Shown here in pieces: positions 51,475 through 60,776 of a DNA stretch of 64,000 nucleotides; within the stretch, counting starts at the first letter, position 1, and each line of letters starts with the position of its first letter. The position numbers and the translations under genes were made by a program. This DNA comes from Polyangiales bacterium. GTDB lineage: Bacteria; Myxococcota_A; Polyangia; Polyangiales; Polyangiaceae. The DNA lies in NCBI GenBank assembly GCA_038230375.1, contig JBBRNJ010000021.1, positions 32,001 to 96,000 of the forward strand, in the 5' to 3' direction. Under the pieces are notes generated by a model. The model was not told the DNA's origin. It made no database searches and saw only the letters and a list, made by a program, of their open reading frames with translations.

Positions 51475-51830
51475 GGCTTGCGCTTCTTCTCCGAGGTCGT
51501 CGCGGTCGCCTGCTCTCCAAAACGTTTCAGCGCGAGCTCCAGTGCCTCGTCCAGGTCGGGATCGCCGCAGTCGGCGCCGCCCTGCGCGAAGCCACCCCCG
51601 CGTGTCTTCCTGCCCGCCTCGAAGATCTGTCCGTCCTCGTACATCAGGTGCATGTCGTAGACGTGCTTGCCGGTTGCATCATGCACGGAATAGAAGCCGA
51701 TGCGGTTCAGGATGCCGAGCTCGTTGCCGACGTTGTCGATGAGGGCCCTGAACTGGTGCTCCTGCGCTGGCGTGAGCTTCGTGAAGTCCGGTGTCGGAAG
51801 CTTTCGAAGCGTGAGCACGAGAATGGCCAT
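51471..51830 (-). CDS. Hypothetical protein
   Basis: 119 aa; coupled to downstream gene; TATCAT 7 nt upstream. Confidence 0.7.
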   Translation of the reverse strand: MAILVLTLRKLPTPDFTKLTPAQEHQFRALIDNVGNELGILNRIGFYSVHDATGKHVYDMHLMYEDGQIFEAGRKTRGGGFAQGGADCGDPDLDEALELALKRFGEQATATTSEKKRKP

Positions 51831-51844
51831 GACCAGGATGATAC

Positions 51845-52636
51845 CTACGCGGACTTGCGCGCGCGCTGCTCTTTTTCCCTGCCGATCGCGACGAGGCGCA
51901 CGACCTCTTGCCGGCAGCGCTCCGCAAAGACGCGCGCGTCCTCACCTTCGCCGAGCTCCATGGGCTCGCCGATCTCGACCCAGACGCGCGTGCTCTTCGA
52001 GTCCGCGAGGCGCCCGAGGTGCTGCATGAGGGTCTCGCCGCCGAACGCTGCGCCGGAGTCGAGCGGGTAGGCGAGTCCCACCGGGATCACGGGCACGTTG
52101 CCGCGCTTGGCTGCGACGAACGCGCCGAGCTTGAAGGTGTGAACCTCGTCGTCCTCGTAGGTGGTGCCTTCCGGGAAGAGGCAGATGGTGTCGTGTGCAT
52201 CGAGTCGCTCCACCATCTGACGGATCGCGCTGGCGCCGCTGGATTTGCTGCTGCGGTCCACGAAGATCGTCCCGGCGGCCTTTGCAGCGGGACCGATGAT
52301 AGGCCAGTGCGCGAGGTCCCCGCGCGAGAGGACCGCGCCGCCGAACAGCTCCAGCATGACCCCTATGTCGATGATGGAGCGGTGGTTCGAGACGACGATG
52401 CGCCCGCGGTCGCGACCCACGCCACGGATTCCCGGCTCGCCCCCGACGATCGTCTTCACGTCGAACAACTTGAGCAGCCCGCTGGACCACGAGCCGGTGA
52501 ACTTGTCGCGGATCTTCGGCCGGTGGACGGAGTCGTCGTCCACGTACATGTCCAGCACGATGCCCGCGCCCGCGAAGACGGTGAGGCCCCCGAAGCCAGC
52601 CACGCGGTAGGCGCGCCGTAGGTACGACTTACTCAT
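51845..52636 (-). CDS. plsC: Lysophospholipid acyltransferase (PlsC family)
   Basis: NHRSIID, FVDR, FPEGT motifs. Confidence 0.9.
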   Translation of the reverse strand: MSKSYLRRAYRVAGFGGLTVFAGAGIVLDMYVDDDSVHRPKIRDKFTGSWSSGLLKLFDVKTIVGGEPGIRGVGRDRGRIVVSNHRSIIDIGVMLELFGGAVLSRGDLAHWPIIGPAAKAAGTIFVDRSSKSSGASAIRQMVERLDAHDTICLFPEGTTYEDDEVHTFKLGAFVAAKRGNVPVIPVGLAYPLDSGAAFGGETLMQHLGRLADSKSTRVWVEIGEPMELGEGEDARVFAERCRQEVVRLVAIGREKEQRARKSA

Positions 52637-52675
52637 CGCCGCGCATTCTTCCATTCGTCATACTATCCGTCCAGC

Positions 52676-54187
52676 ATGTCCACGCCCCTTCCTCACAAGC
52701 TCGCCGCCCTGGGTGGTTCGTACGGGAACATCGCCGCGCTCACGGCCTGCATCGACGACGCGACGCGCGCAGGCGCACAGATGCGCGCGTTCCTTGGCGA
52801 CGCGATCGGGTGCTCAGCGCACAGCGAGGAGGTCGTCGCCATGATGCGCGCACATTTCCCGGTGCTCGTGGCTGGCAACCACGAACAGCAGGCGGCGCTC
52901 GGTTCGGACTCGTGCGGCTGCGGCTACGCATCCAAGGAGGACGAAGAGGTGAGCTGCGAGGCGTTCCGTCATGCGACGGAGGCGCTGTCCTCCGCGTCCA
53001 AGGCGTGGCTCGGAACATGGCCCGATCGCGCGATCGTCGAGCTCGCGGGCGGACGCGTCCTCCTCTGCCACGGCAGCCCAGGCAACACGAACGAGTTCCT
53101 CTACGAGATGGAGCTGGATGATCTTCGGCTCCTCGCGTGGCTCGACGAGCACGACGTGCGCGGCTTCGTGTGCACGCACTCGGGCCTGCCGTGGATCCGC
53201 GCGCTGCGTGGCGGCCGCTTTGCCGTGAACTGCGGTGCGGTGGGTAAGCCCGATCACGATGGTGATCCCGCCGTGCACTACGCCATGGTCACGCTGCCCG
53301 CGGGCGGCGATCCCGTGCTGGAGATCCGCCGCGTCGAGTACGGCCACGAGGCGTTCGCGAAGCAGATGGAGTCGCTCGGCATCGCGGACGTGTTCGTGTC
53401 GCCGCTGCGGACGGGCGTGTGGACCACGGGCCTTGCAAGCCTTCCACCGTCGGAGCGCGCACGTCCGCTTCGCGCGACCGCAGGAGTGACCGGACCCGCA
53501 GCGCCATCGCGTTCCGCATGGGCGCCGGAGCATCTGGATGCATCGCGCTTCCGCGAGGTGCTCGCCGCGTTCCGCGATCTCCGCCTCATCTCCGCTGCGG
53601 AGTCCGACGAGGTGATGCGCCTCCTGGGCCCCGCGTTCCCGTTCTTCGGCGCGGTGCGCCTGGCAGAGTCGCTGCACCTGCACATCAAGGTCGACGACAC
53701 CGCGCAGCTGCCGCACGACGCGATCGTGGCGCTGGGCACGCATGCCGAGAACGTGCGTACGGGCTACGTGAAGTATCCGTTCGCGGGTGGAATCAACCTG
53801 ATCTTCTCCTCCATCGACGTGGCGGAGGAGGACACGCTGCCGAAGGCAGAGAACCCGCTGCACAAGCCCATGCTGGACCACGTGGGGATCGATCTGCGTC
53901 GCGAGACCGGCGTGTCGCACGCGCGCTTCGACGAGGTGCCGGGGCTCGCGCAGCGTGTGGGCTGGGCGCACACGCCGCAAGGAGGTCGGGGCCGCGCGGT
54001 GTTCTGTTGCCACACGCAGGTGGGCGCGAAGCACTGGGTCTATCCGCCGCAGGAGGGATCGCCGTTCACGCGCCCCGTCGAGCTCGCATACGGGCCGCTC
54101 GAGATCAGCAATGCAGAGGAATTTGGCTGCGATCTGCGCCCGATCGACCCACGCCACCCGGCTGCTCCGGGCTTCGTGTCGTGTTAG
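52676..54187 (+). CDS. Cys-rich metallophosphoesterase fused to a VOC-like (ArsI/CadI-like) domain
   Basis: FLGD, GNHE, CGCGY, CHGSP, THSG, NCGAVG; C-term LHLHIKVDD, LDHVGIDL, FCCH...KHWVYP...VELAY. Confidence 0.8.
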   Translation: MSTPLPHKLAALGGSYGNIAALTACIDDATRAGAQMRAFLGDAIGCSAHSEEVVAMMRAHFPVLVAGNHEQQAALGSDSCGCGYASKEDEEVSCEAFRHATEALSSASKAWLGTWPDRAIVELAGGRVLLCHGSPGNTNEFLYEMELDDLRLLAWLDEHDVRGFVCTHSGLPWIRALRGGRFAVNCGAVGKPDHDGDPAVHYAMVTLPAGGDPVLEIRRVEYGHEAFAKQMESLGIADVFVSPLRTGVWTTGLASLPPSERARPLRATAGVTGPAAPSRSAWAPEHLDASRFREVLAAFRDLRLISAAESDEVMRLLGPAFPFFGAVRLAESLHLHIKVDDTAQLPHDAIVALGTHAENVRTGYVKYPFAGGINLIFSSIDVAEEDTLPKAENPLHKPMLDHVGIDLRRETGVSHARFDEVPGLAQRVGWAHTPQGGRGRAVFCCHTQVGAKHWVYPPQEGSPFTRPVELAYGPLEISNAEEFGCDLRPIDPRHPAAPGFVSC

Positions 54188-54218
54188 CCTGCGGCCTTTC
54201 TCACACGAGGAGGCTCAC

Positions 54219-54548
54219 ATGGCTGGCTACTACCTGTCGGAAGATCTCGCGCGGTTCGGTGACATCAAGAAGAGCGCTCCCGCGCAGTGGGAGACGTTCC
54301 TCAAGTGGTACACGACCACGATGGAGCCCGGCGCCGTCGACGGCAAGACGAAGAAGCTGGCCGCGCTCGCGGTCGCGTATGCGATCCAGGAGCCCTACTG
54401 CATTGACGCATACACCTCTGCGTGCACCGACGCGGGCATCACGCCCGAGGAGATGGCAGAGATCGTCAACGTCGCTGCCGTGATCCGCGGCGGTGGAACG
54501 CTCGCGCACTGGGCGCAGTCCGAGAACACGCTCTCCCGCAAGAAGTGA
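54219..54548 (+). CDS. CMD/AhpD-like protein resembling the arsenosugar-biosynthesis-associated family
   Basis: YY..EDL.RFG.I...LAALAVAYAIQEPYCIDAYT...AAVIRGG.TL.H; SD GGAGG. Confidence 0.85.
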   Translation: MAGYYLSEDLARFGDIKKSAPAQWETFLKWYTTTMEPGAVDGKTKKLAALAVAYAIQEPYCIDAYTSACTDAGITPEEMAEIVNVAAVIRGGGTLAHWAQSENTLSRKK

Positions 54549-54552
54549 GCGC

Positions 54553-55707
54553 GTGAAGACGGTCGCGATCATCGGCGCGGGCCCCATCGGCATCGCTGCG
54601 GCGCATGGCTGCCTCGCGCGCGGGCACACGCCGCTCGTGCTCGAGAAGGGCGATGCGCCAGGGGACTCGCTCCGCCGCTGGGGGCCCACGCGCTTCTTCT
54701 CGCCGCTCTCCATGAACCTGCCTCCGATGCTGCTCGAGATGGCCTTGCATGCTGGCGGCGCTCGGCCGGATGCGCTGCTCACCGGACCCGAATTCGCCGA
54801 GCTGCTGTCGGAGCTCGCGCGTGCGCCGGCGCTCGCGCCGCACGTGAAATGCCGGCATGCGGTGCGTGCGGTCACGCGTCGCAATCTGGCGCGCGGTGAT
54901 CTGGCCGGGCATCCGGTGCGCGCGGAGCTGCCGTTCACGGTGGTCGCGGGGGCGCCGGAGGGAGACGTCGCGTTCGAAGTGGACGCCGTGCTCGACGCGA
55001 GCGGCGTGTACGACACGCCCGTTCCGGTCGTCGCGCGCGGTGCCGGTGCGCTGGACGGACGCGCCATTCGTCACCTTGGCGATCTTCATTCACGCGCTCG
55101 CTCGCTCGCGAACACGCGCGTGTTGGTGGTGGGGCACGGACACTCCGCAGCGAACGGGCTCTGCGCGCTGGAGGCCGTGGCGCGCGAGGCGCCGGATACG
55201 CGCGTCACGTGGGCGGTGCGGTCGCGCAACCTGCGTCCGCTCGAGGCCGCCGCGAGCGATCCGCTGCCCGAGCGCGACTTCATCGTCACACGCGCGAACG
55301 AGCTCGCCGCGAAGCCTCCTGCGTGGCTCCGCATCGAACGCTCGGCCTCCATCGAGTCGGTCGCGTCACGTGGGCCGGCGTTCACGGTTGCGCTCGGTGG
55401 TGGTCGCTCGATCGACGTCGATCACGTGGTCGCGCTGCTCGGCTACCGACCGGACCTTGCGCCGCTGTCGGAGCTCGCCATCGAGGTCTCGCCCGCAACG
55501 GAGGGGGCCATGCGTCTGGCGGGCGCCCTGGCGAACGTCACCGATTGCCTCTCGGTGCCCAAGGTGGCTCCGCGGGATCTCGCCTCTGGGGAGCCGCGGT
55601 TCCACCTGGTCGGCGCGAAGAGCTATGGCCGCGCCGCGACGTTCCTGCTGCAGACTGGCTATTCGCAGCTCGAGACCATCCTCGACGGCCTGTTTGCGGT
55701 GGCCTGA
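54553..55707 (+). CDS. FAD/NAD(P)-dependent monooxygenase resembling those in ars operons
   Basis: IIGAGPIG, FFSP..MN, DASG, VVGHGHSA, GYRPD, VGAKSYGRAATFLLQTGY.Q. Confidence 0.85.
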   Translation: MKTVAIIGAGPIGIAAAHGCLARGHTPLVLEKGDAPGDSLRRWGPTRFFSPLSMNLPPMLLEMALHAGGARPDALLTGPEFAELLSELARAPALAPHVKCRHAVRAVTRRNLARGDLAGHPVRAELPFTVVAGAPEGDVAFEVDAVLDASGVYDTPVPVVARGAGALDGRAIRHLGDLHSRARSLANTRVLVVGHGHSAANGLCALEAVAREAPDTRVTWAVRSRNLRPLEAAASDPLPERDFIVTRANELAAKPPAWLRIERSASIESVASRGPAFTVALGGGRSIDVDHVVALLGYRPDLAPLSELAIEVSPATEGAMRLAGALANVTDCLSVPKVAPRDLASGEPRFHLVGAKSYGRAATFLLQTGYSQLETILDGLFAVA

Positions 55708-55823
55708 GCCCCCACGCTGTCTCCCGACGGAGACACAAACGCGCGTAAATTTCCCTGGAATAGCGCTTGCGTCAGCTCGCCCTTCGCGGCGCGCGTGCTA
55801 CACGCGCAGTCGATTGTTGACCC

Positions 55824-56525
55824 ATGGGGTGGGGGCAGCGGCCACTCACCCGGAACCTCATCGTGGCGACGCTCCTCCCATTCACGAATCCTCGAAACGA
55901 GAGGCCCATTCTCTCGGAGGTTTCGGCCTCCGAAGCGGGCGCGCATGCGCGTCGTGAGCTGACGGATGCGGAGCTCGCGGAGCTAGGTGCACAAGGGGAT
56001 GCGGCGGCGCAGTCCGAGATCTTCGTGCGTCACAAACATTCGGTGGCGCGGACGGTGGCGGCGCTGCTCGGACCCGAGGCCGAGATCGAGGACCTGGTCC
56101 ACGAGACGTTCTTGCGGGCCTATCCGCGCATGCGCGACCTGGAGTCGGCGGCCCGGCTCGGCGCGTGGCTTCGCGGCATCTCGGTGCTCGTGTCGCGCGA
56201 GTGGCTGAAGAAGAAGGCGCGCCGTAGGTGGACGCTCTTCGACGTGGTCCCGGAGATGCCGGCGCGCGAGGTGTCCCACGGCGCCAGGGATGCGCTGCGC
56301 GACACGTTCGATGTCCTCGCGCGGCTGCCGGTGGACGAGCGTCTTGCGTTCAGCCTTCGCTACATCGAGGGCCTGGAGCTGGAGGCGCTCGCGCTCTCCA
56401 TGGATATCTCCGTGTCCACCGCGAAGCGGCGTCTGCGCGATGCAGAGCGGCGCTTCCGTGCGCTCGCGGCCAAGCGCCCCAGCCTGCACGAGTACCTGCA
56501 AGACGATGGGGAGGAGGAGTCATGA
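55824..56525 (+). CDS. ECF RNA polymerase sigma factor
   Basis: EDLVHETFLRA, AWLRGI, LP..ERLAFSLRYIEG, STAKRRL; start uncertain. Confidence 0.9.
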   Translation: MGWGQRPLTRNLIVATLLPFTNPRNERPILSEVSASEAGAHARRELTDAELAELGAQGDAAAQSEIFVRHKHSVARTVAALLGPEAEIEDLVHETFLRAYPRMRDLESAARLGAWLRGISVLVSREWLKKKARRRWTLFDVVPEMPAREVSHGARDALRDTFDVLARLPVDERLAFSLRYIEGLELEALALSMDISVSTAKRRLRDAERRFRALAAKRPSLHEYLQDDGEEES

Positions 56526-57808
56526 AGCACCCCGGACTTCTGCGCCTCGGCGCGGACATCGCGAAGGAGCTCGATCACGAGATCGGCATCCGCTTCGACG
56601 GCGAGCGCGTGTCAGGCCCGGTGCCGCGCGTTGCCAGTCCTGGTTCGCTCCAGAGGCGCGAGCCTCTTGCGAAAGGCCGGGAAGTGCGGTCGGTCCCTTC
56701 GCTGCGGTCGCGTCGTTCTGTCGCGCTCGGTGCGCTGGGAGCCGCGGTTGCGGTCGCTGCGGCGTTCGCGCTCGGCATCGGTCTGCATCGCGGCGAGAGC
56801 GTGGATGCGCCGAAGCCGTCGTCTGTGTCGACCGAGGCGGCGTTCACGTTTGCGAGCACGGGGCCGGACGGTGCTGCGAGCGCGCCGGGTCTTGGTGCGC
56901 CCGTATCGGAGAGCGGTCGCGCGACGGCGCTCGCGTTCTCGGACGGCAGCCGCGTGTCGCTGGAGCCCAAGGCAGAGGCGCGGGTGCTTCGAACCACATC
57001 GCATGGCGCCACGGTGCTGCTGGAGCGTGGTCGCCTCGCGGCGTCCGTCGTTCATCGCGCGAACACCGAGTGGGCGTTCGACGCCGGCCCGTACGAGGTG
57101 CGCGTGGTGGGCACCGCGTTCGACCTTGCATGGGATCCGCGTCGCGACGCCCTCACGCTGCACATGACGGAAGGCCGAGTCACCGTCAGCGGCTGCGGCA
57201 CCTCCCAGAGCGTGGGAGCGGGAGAAGATCTCGCGCTCGCTTGCAACATGGAGTCCACGCCGTTCGTTCCGAATCCGAACGCCCCGAACCCGACCTCCCC
57301 CGAAGCAAAGCTCCCACCGACCTCGCCCGATCCCTCACCCTTCACCTGGCCCTCCACCTCACCCTCGGCCTCACCCTCGCCCTCCACGTCACCCTCCACG
57401 CCACCCACTCCCATCTCCCCTCTCGAGGCCATGGACGCCGCCACCCTCTGGACCACCGCGGATACCGCGCGCGCCTCGGGCGACGCGGCCACGGCGAAGA
57501 CCGCGCTGCTCGTGTTTCGTCGAAGATTCAAGGGTGATCCGCGCGCGAGCACCGCCGCGTTCCTGTTGGGCACGCTCGCGTACGACGTGGAGCACGCGAA
57601 GGCAGAGGGCCTCGGTTGGTTCTCGATCTACCTGGCGGAGAATCCGGATGGCGCGCTCTCGCGAGAGGCGCTTGGGCGCGCGCTAGAGGCGTCCGTCGCG
57701 CTAGACAAACCGTACGACGCGCAGCGCCTTGCTCGCCGTTACCTGGACACCCACCGTGGCGGCCCGCACACGGAGCTCGCAACACGCGTTCTTGGAGGAC
57801 AGCCATGA
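56522..57808 (+). CDS. FecR-domain anti-sigma factor with Pro/Ser linker and TPR-like C-terminus
   Basis: TM; FSDGSRVSL, LERG, VRVVGTAF, EGRVTV; coupled to ECF sigma. Confidence 0.87.
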   Translation: MKHPGLLRLGADIAKELDHEIGIRFDGERVSGPVPRVASPGSLQRREPLAKGREVRSVPSLRSRRSVALGALGAAVAVAAAFALGIGLHRGESVDAPKPSSVSTEAAFTFASTGPDGAASAPGLGAPVSESGRATALAFSDGSRVSLEPKAEARVLRTTSHGATVLLERGRLAASVVHRANTEWAFDAGPYEVRVVGTAFDLAWDPRRDALTLHMTEGRVTVSGCGTSQSVGAGEDLALACNMESTPFVPNPNAPNPTSPEAKLPPTSPDPSPFTWPSTSPSASPSPSTSPSTPPTPISPLEAMDAATLWTTADTARASGDAATAKTALLVFRRRFKGDPRASTAAFLLGTLAYDVEHAKAEGLGWFSIYLAENPDGALSREALGRALEASVALDKPYDAQRLARRYLDTHRGGPHTELATRVLGGQP

Positions 57809-58776
57809 CGAAACGAACCGTCGCAGTCCTTCTCGCGACCACCGCGCTCCTTGCGTCGCGTGAGGCGCGTGCAGACGTGAAGCACGTGGTGCTGTCGTCC
57901 CCCGCGGGCACGGAGGTCACCGAGCGCCTGCGCGCAGAGCTCGTCCTCAAGGGCTTCCGCGTGAGCATGTTCGGGCCGCTTCCATCCGGCTGTTTCGGAG
58001 ACGATCTCGCGAACGTGGCGAAGGGCGCGGACGCAGCCGTGTGCGTGGATGACAGCGTTCATGTCTTCGTGCGCAAGGACGACAAGCTGCCGCACACGGA
58101 CACGGTCGCGTCGGTCGATGCGTCCGACATCGCAGCGATGCGCGCCGCGGAGATCGTGCGCGTTCGCCTGGAGCTCGCGAGCATGCCCGAGCCACCGACG
58201 CCACCTTCCCCGCCTGAGCCGGTCGTGGTCCGCGTAGAGGCGATGGACCCGGCGCTGCTGCAGCCGCCGGACAGGATCGAAGACGACAGGACGCCGCCGG
58301 CGCAGGTCCGCCTGGGCCTGAACGCTGGCTTCCTGTACGACGCGTCGACCTATGCCCCGAACAGCCAGGACGGTGGCGTCGGCTATGTGATGACGGGGCT
58401 GTCGGTGATCTTCCGTCCCGCGAAGGCGCCGGGCTGGCAGCCCGTGCTCGCGGGCTCGCTGTTGCTTGGTCCGGGCGTGGTGACGGGGGGTGCAATCACC
58501 GGCGGGGTCCGCTACCGGCTCGTCGAGGACGCGGGCGGCAGAGTGGCCATCTACCTGGGCCCCAACGCGGGCGTCTTCATGAACCGCGACGTCGACTCAC
58601 GCGGCCGCAATGCGAGCAAGGGCTCGCCGACGATAGGCCTGCAGTCGTCGATCGAGCTCTCACTCACCGAGCACACAGCGCTCGCCTTCCAGGGCTCAGG
58701 CAGCTTCTTCCTGGACGAAAACCCCGCGATGAAAGCGCCACTCGGCGCGACGCTCGGATTTCACTCTTCGCTGTAG
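57805..58776 (+). CDS. Secreted protein with probable C-terminal beta-barrel; third gene of the ECF module
   Basis: Signal peptide (ARA-D); RLRAEL..GF; amphipathic strands. Confidence 0.75.
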   Translation: MTKRTVAVLLATTALLASREARADVKHVVLSSPAGTEVTERLRAELVLKGFRVSMFGPLPSGCFGDDLANVAKGADAAVCVDDSVHVFVRKDDKLPHTDTVASVDASDIAAMRAAEIVRVRLELASMPEPPTPPSPPEPVVVRVEAMDPALLQPPDRIEDDRTPPAQVRLGLNAGFLYDASTYAPNSQDGGVGYVMTGLSVIFRPAKAPGWQPVLAGSLLLGPGVVTGGAITGGVRYRLVEDAGGRVAIYLGPNAGVFMNRDVDSRGRNASKGSPTIGLQSSIELSLTEHTALAFQGSGSFFLDENPAMKAPLGATLGFHSSL

Positions 58777-58935
58777 TGACGTGACGGCGTCGAGATCGTC
58801 AAGATGTCACCGCAGCGCGGTCGTCGACGTCGGCTGCCGCGGAGCGAGCGCTTCGTCTCGTCGCTCAAGACTCAAGACGTTGCCCACCCCCACGGGGTGC
58901 TCACCGGCCCGCTCCCGTGTCAATCGAGAGACTGC

Positions 58936-59982
58936 CTAGTTTGCTGTTGGGGCCAGTATGTCAATCATGGGCGCAAGACTCCTCTTGGCGCGCGGGTCGG
59001 TGGGGTCGTCCAAGATCCAGAGTAGCTGACGCGTGCGCTTCTCGCCCATCAGCCCCCGCAGTTCAGCCGCCGCCTTCGCTGCCCGGACGAGCACCTCGTG
59101 AGTGCCGCCAACGACCCTCGCGAGAGCCAGCGCCTCGAGTAGCGTCTGAAACGCCGCCTTCTCGAAAGCTTCCAGCAGCACGCGCTTTCGGTCGCGAAAC
59201 TCGACCTTCACTCGCTCCACGTAGGCCTTTGGCTCTGTCTCATCGCCAATTCTCTTCAGCCGTTCGAGCTCCTGCAGCTCCTTCGGCCCGAACAACACCA
59301 CGTTCTCTTCGGTACAAGGCTCCAGGGCCTCGACGATACGGAACTGGACCAGCCCGAGCCGGGCACGTGCGACGACGCTCCAGTAGCGCGAATGGTGGGG
59401 AAAGACCTGCTGGTTCACCCGCCGAAAGAATGTGTCGGATGATGCGATGAGGCGCTGCATGCGTCCGTCGCCCTGTGGCCCGAGTTGCCACAACTCTTCC
59501 ATGGTCGCCGCTGCGCATCGCCGAGCATCACCGTCTGGCCAGGTCGTATCCATGTCCGCCGCGACGAGCCCGTCCTCGACCTCGCCTGCAAGGTCGGTCG
59601 TCTCAGCGGAGAACGACGCGCCATCGGGGGCAAAAGCCTCGAGCACGGCGTGCGCACGACCCAAGGTCGCCAATCGCTGGGCTCCAGACTGCCGTCGGGA
59701 CAGCATCACAAGTGAGCGGAACTTCTCCAGTCCCCGCGTCTCCTCGGACATCGCCTGGAGCTGTTCCGTCGACTGCGCGGCGAAGAGCGTCGGCGGCGCG
59801 TATTCCTTGCGCGCAAGGCAGCCAAGCATCCGATCGTAGCGTGCGTTCGCGATGCAGAGAGCGGGGTCGTCCGGTTCGACGGATGCGGTTGCCTGGGGCG
59901 GCAACGCACGTTGTTGAGACGGACCGCACGCCATCGTTGCAAGTCCGACCAACACCACCAGTCCGTCGCGCCGCCACACCAT
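58936..59982 (-). CDS. Orphan helical lipoprotein, paralog A
   Basis: GGAGG SD; lipobox TMAC; similar to 60777-61904. Confidence 0.72.
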   Translation of the reverse strand: MVWRRDGLVVLVGLATMACGPSQQRALPPQATASVEPDDPALCIANARYDRMLGCLARKEYAPPTLFAAQSTEQLQAMSEETRGLEKFRSLVMLSRRQSGAQRLATLGRAHAVLEAFAPDGASFSAETTDLAGEVEDGLVAADMDTTWPDGDARRCAAATMEELWQLGPQGDGRMQRLIASSDTFFRRVNQQVFPHHSRYWSVVARARLGLVQFRIVEALEPCTEENVVLFGPKELQELERLKRIGDETEPKAYVERVKVEFRDRKRVLLEAFEKAAFQTLLEALALARVVGGTHEVLVRAAKAAAELRGLMGEKRTRQLLWILDDPTDPRAKRSLAPMIDILAPTAN

Positions 59983-60000
59983 TTGTACTTCGCCTCCGAG

Positions 60001-60230
60001 TGAACCTGACCCGCTTTGGTGGACACTCGGTCCTGCTACCCGTGCTGCCGAGCAGCGTCTTCGTACTCCACCTGGCTGAGCTCTCCCACCGCGGAGTGGA
60101 TTCTGTGTTGGTTGTAGAACACCTCGATGTACTCGAAGGACTTCCTTTTGGCGTCTCCCGCGCTCTCGAAGTCCTCTCCGAACTCGGTCTTGAAGGTACC
60201 GAAGAGCTCTCAACGACGGCGTTGTCGTCC
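60001..60230 (-). mobile_element. IS3-family right-end remnant with terminal inverted repeat
   Basis: DNAVVES/FGTFKTE...FEYIEVFYNQHRIHS with 1-nt frameshift; end ...GTGTCCACCAAAGCGGGTCAGGTTCA (CA-3'). Confidence 0.88.
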
Positions 60231-60338
60231 GTCTTGATACGCTGATCTGGAGTCGCGACGGGGGCAAGAATGCAGAGTGATGTGCGTCGAGTCCCCAGAG
60301 CACTCGCGAACAGGGGCGATCCTCTGCTTTCCCGAACA

Positions 60339-60737
60339 TCAGTCCAAGACCTGGCTTCGGGCGCGCCGCCCGCCCTTGTCGTCAATAGGACACTTTGATG
60401 CCATCACGAGCTCAGCCTCCGATCCGAGGACGGGAGACCGGCCCTGGCGCATGTAGGTCACCTTCAGACCGTAGAACGGCGTGCAGTCATCGTTGGCCGA
60501 TTCGAGGGCGAGCCGAAAGGACTTGATCGCATCGTCGAGGCCCCCCTGCTGCAATTGTGCGACGCCCATGGTTTGCGCAATCCACCAATTGCGGCGGCTC
60601 GCACCAGTGCGCACGAACGGCTCGAGGAAACGCTCGGCGTCTTCATCAAGCCTATCCGCTGCTCGGAATGGCCGCAACGCCAACCGGGCAGACCAAATTG
60701 CCTTGCGCCAAAACCAATTGCGAACGTCGCTTATCAA
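60339..60737 (-). CDS. Small TPR-like hypothetical protein, possibly a fragment
   Basis: MGVAQLQQGGLDDAIKSFRLAL...FYGL..TY..QG. Confidence 0.45.
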   Translation of the reverse strand: MISDVRNWFWRKAIWSARLALRPFRAADRLDEDAERFLEPFVRTGASRRNWWIAQTMGVAQLQQGGLDDAIKSFRLALESANDDCTPFYGLKVTYMRQGRSPVLGSEAELVMASKCPIDDKGGRRARSQVLD

Positions 60738-60776
60738 GTTCGCGCGGCGAGACCGTCGTCAATCACGCTGGCCCGA

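Noticed and set aside
57270..57425. C-rich repeats as CRISPR or VNTR
   Set aside because: In-frame Pro/Ser/Thr linker of the anti-sigma factor; no repeat-spacer structure.
59983..60339. N-terminal extension of ORF 58936..60339
   Set aside because: Reads through the IS3 remnant; true start at 59982 has an SD and lipoprotein signal.
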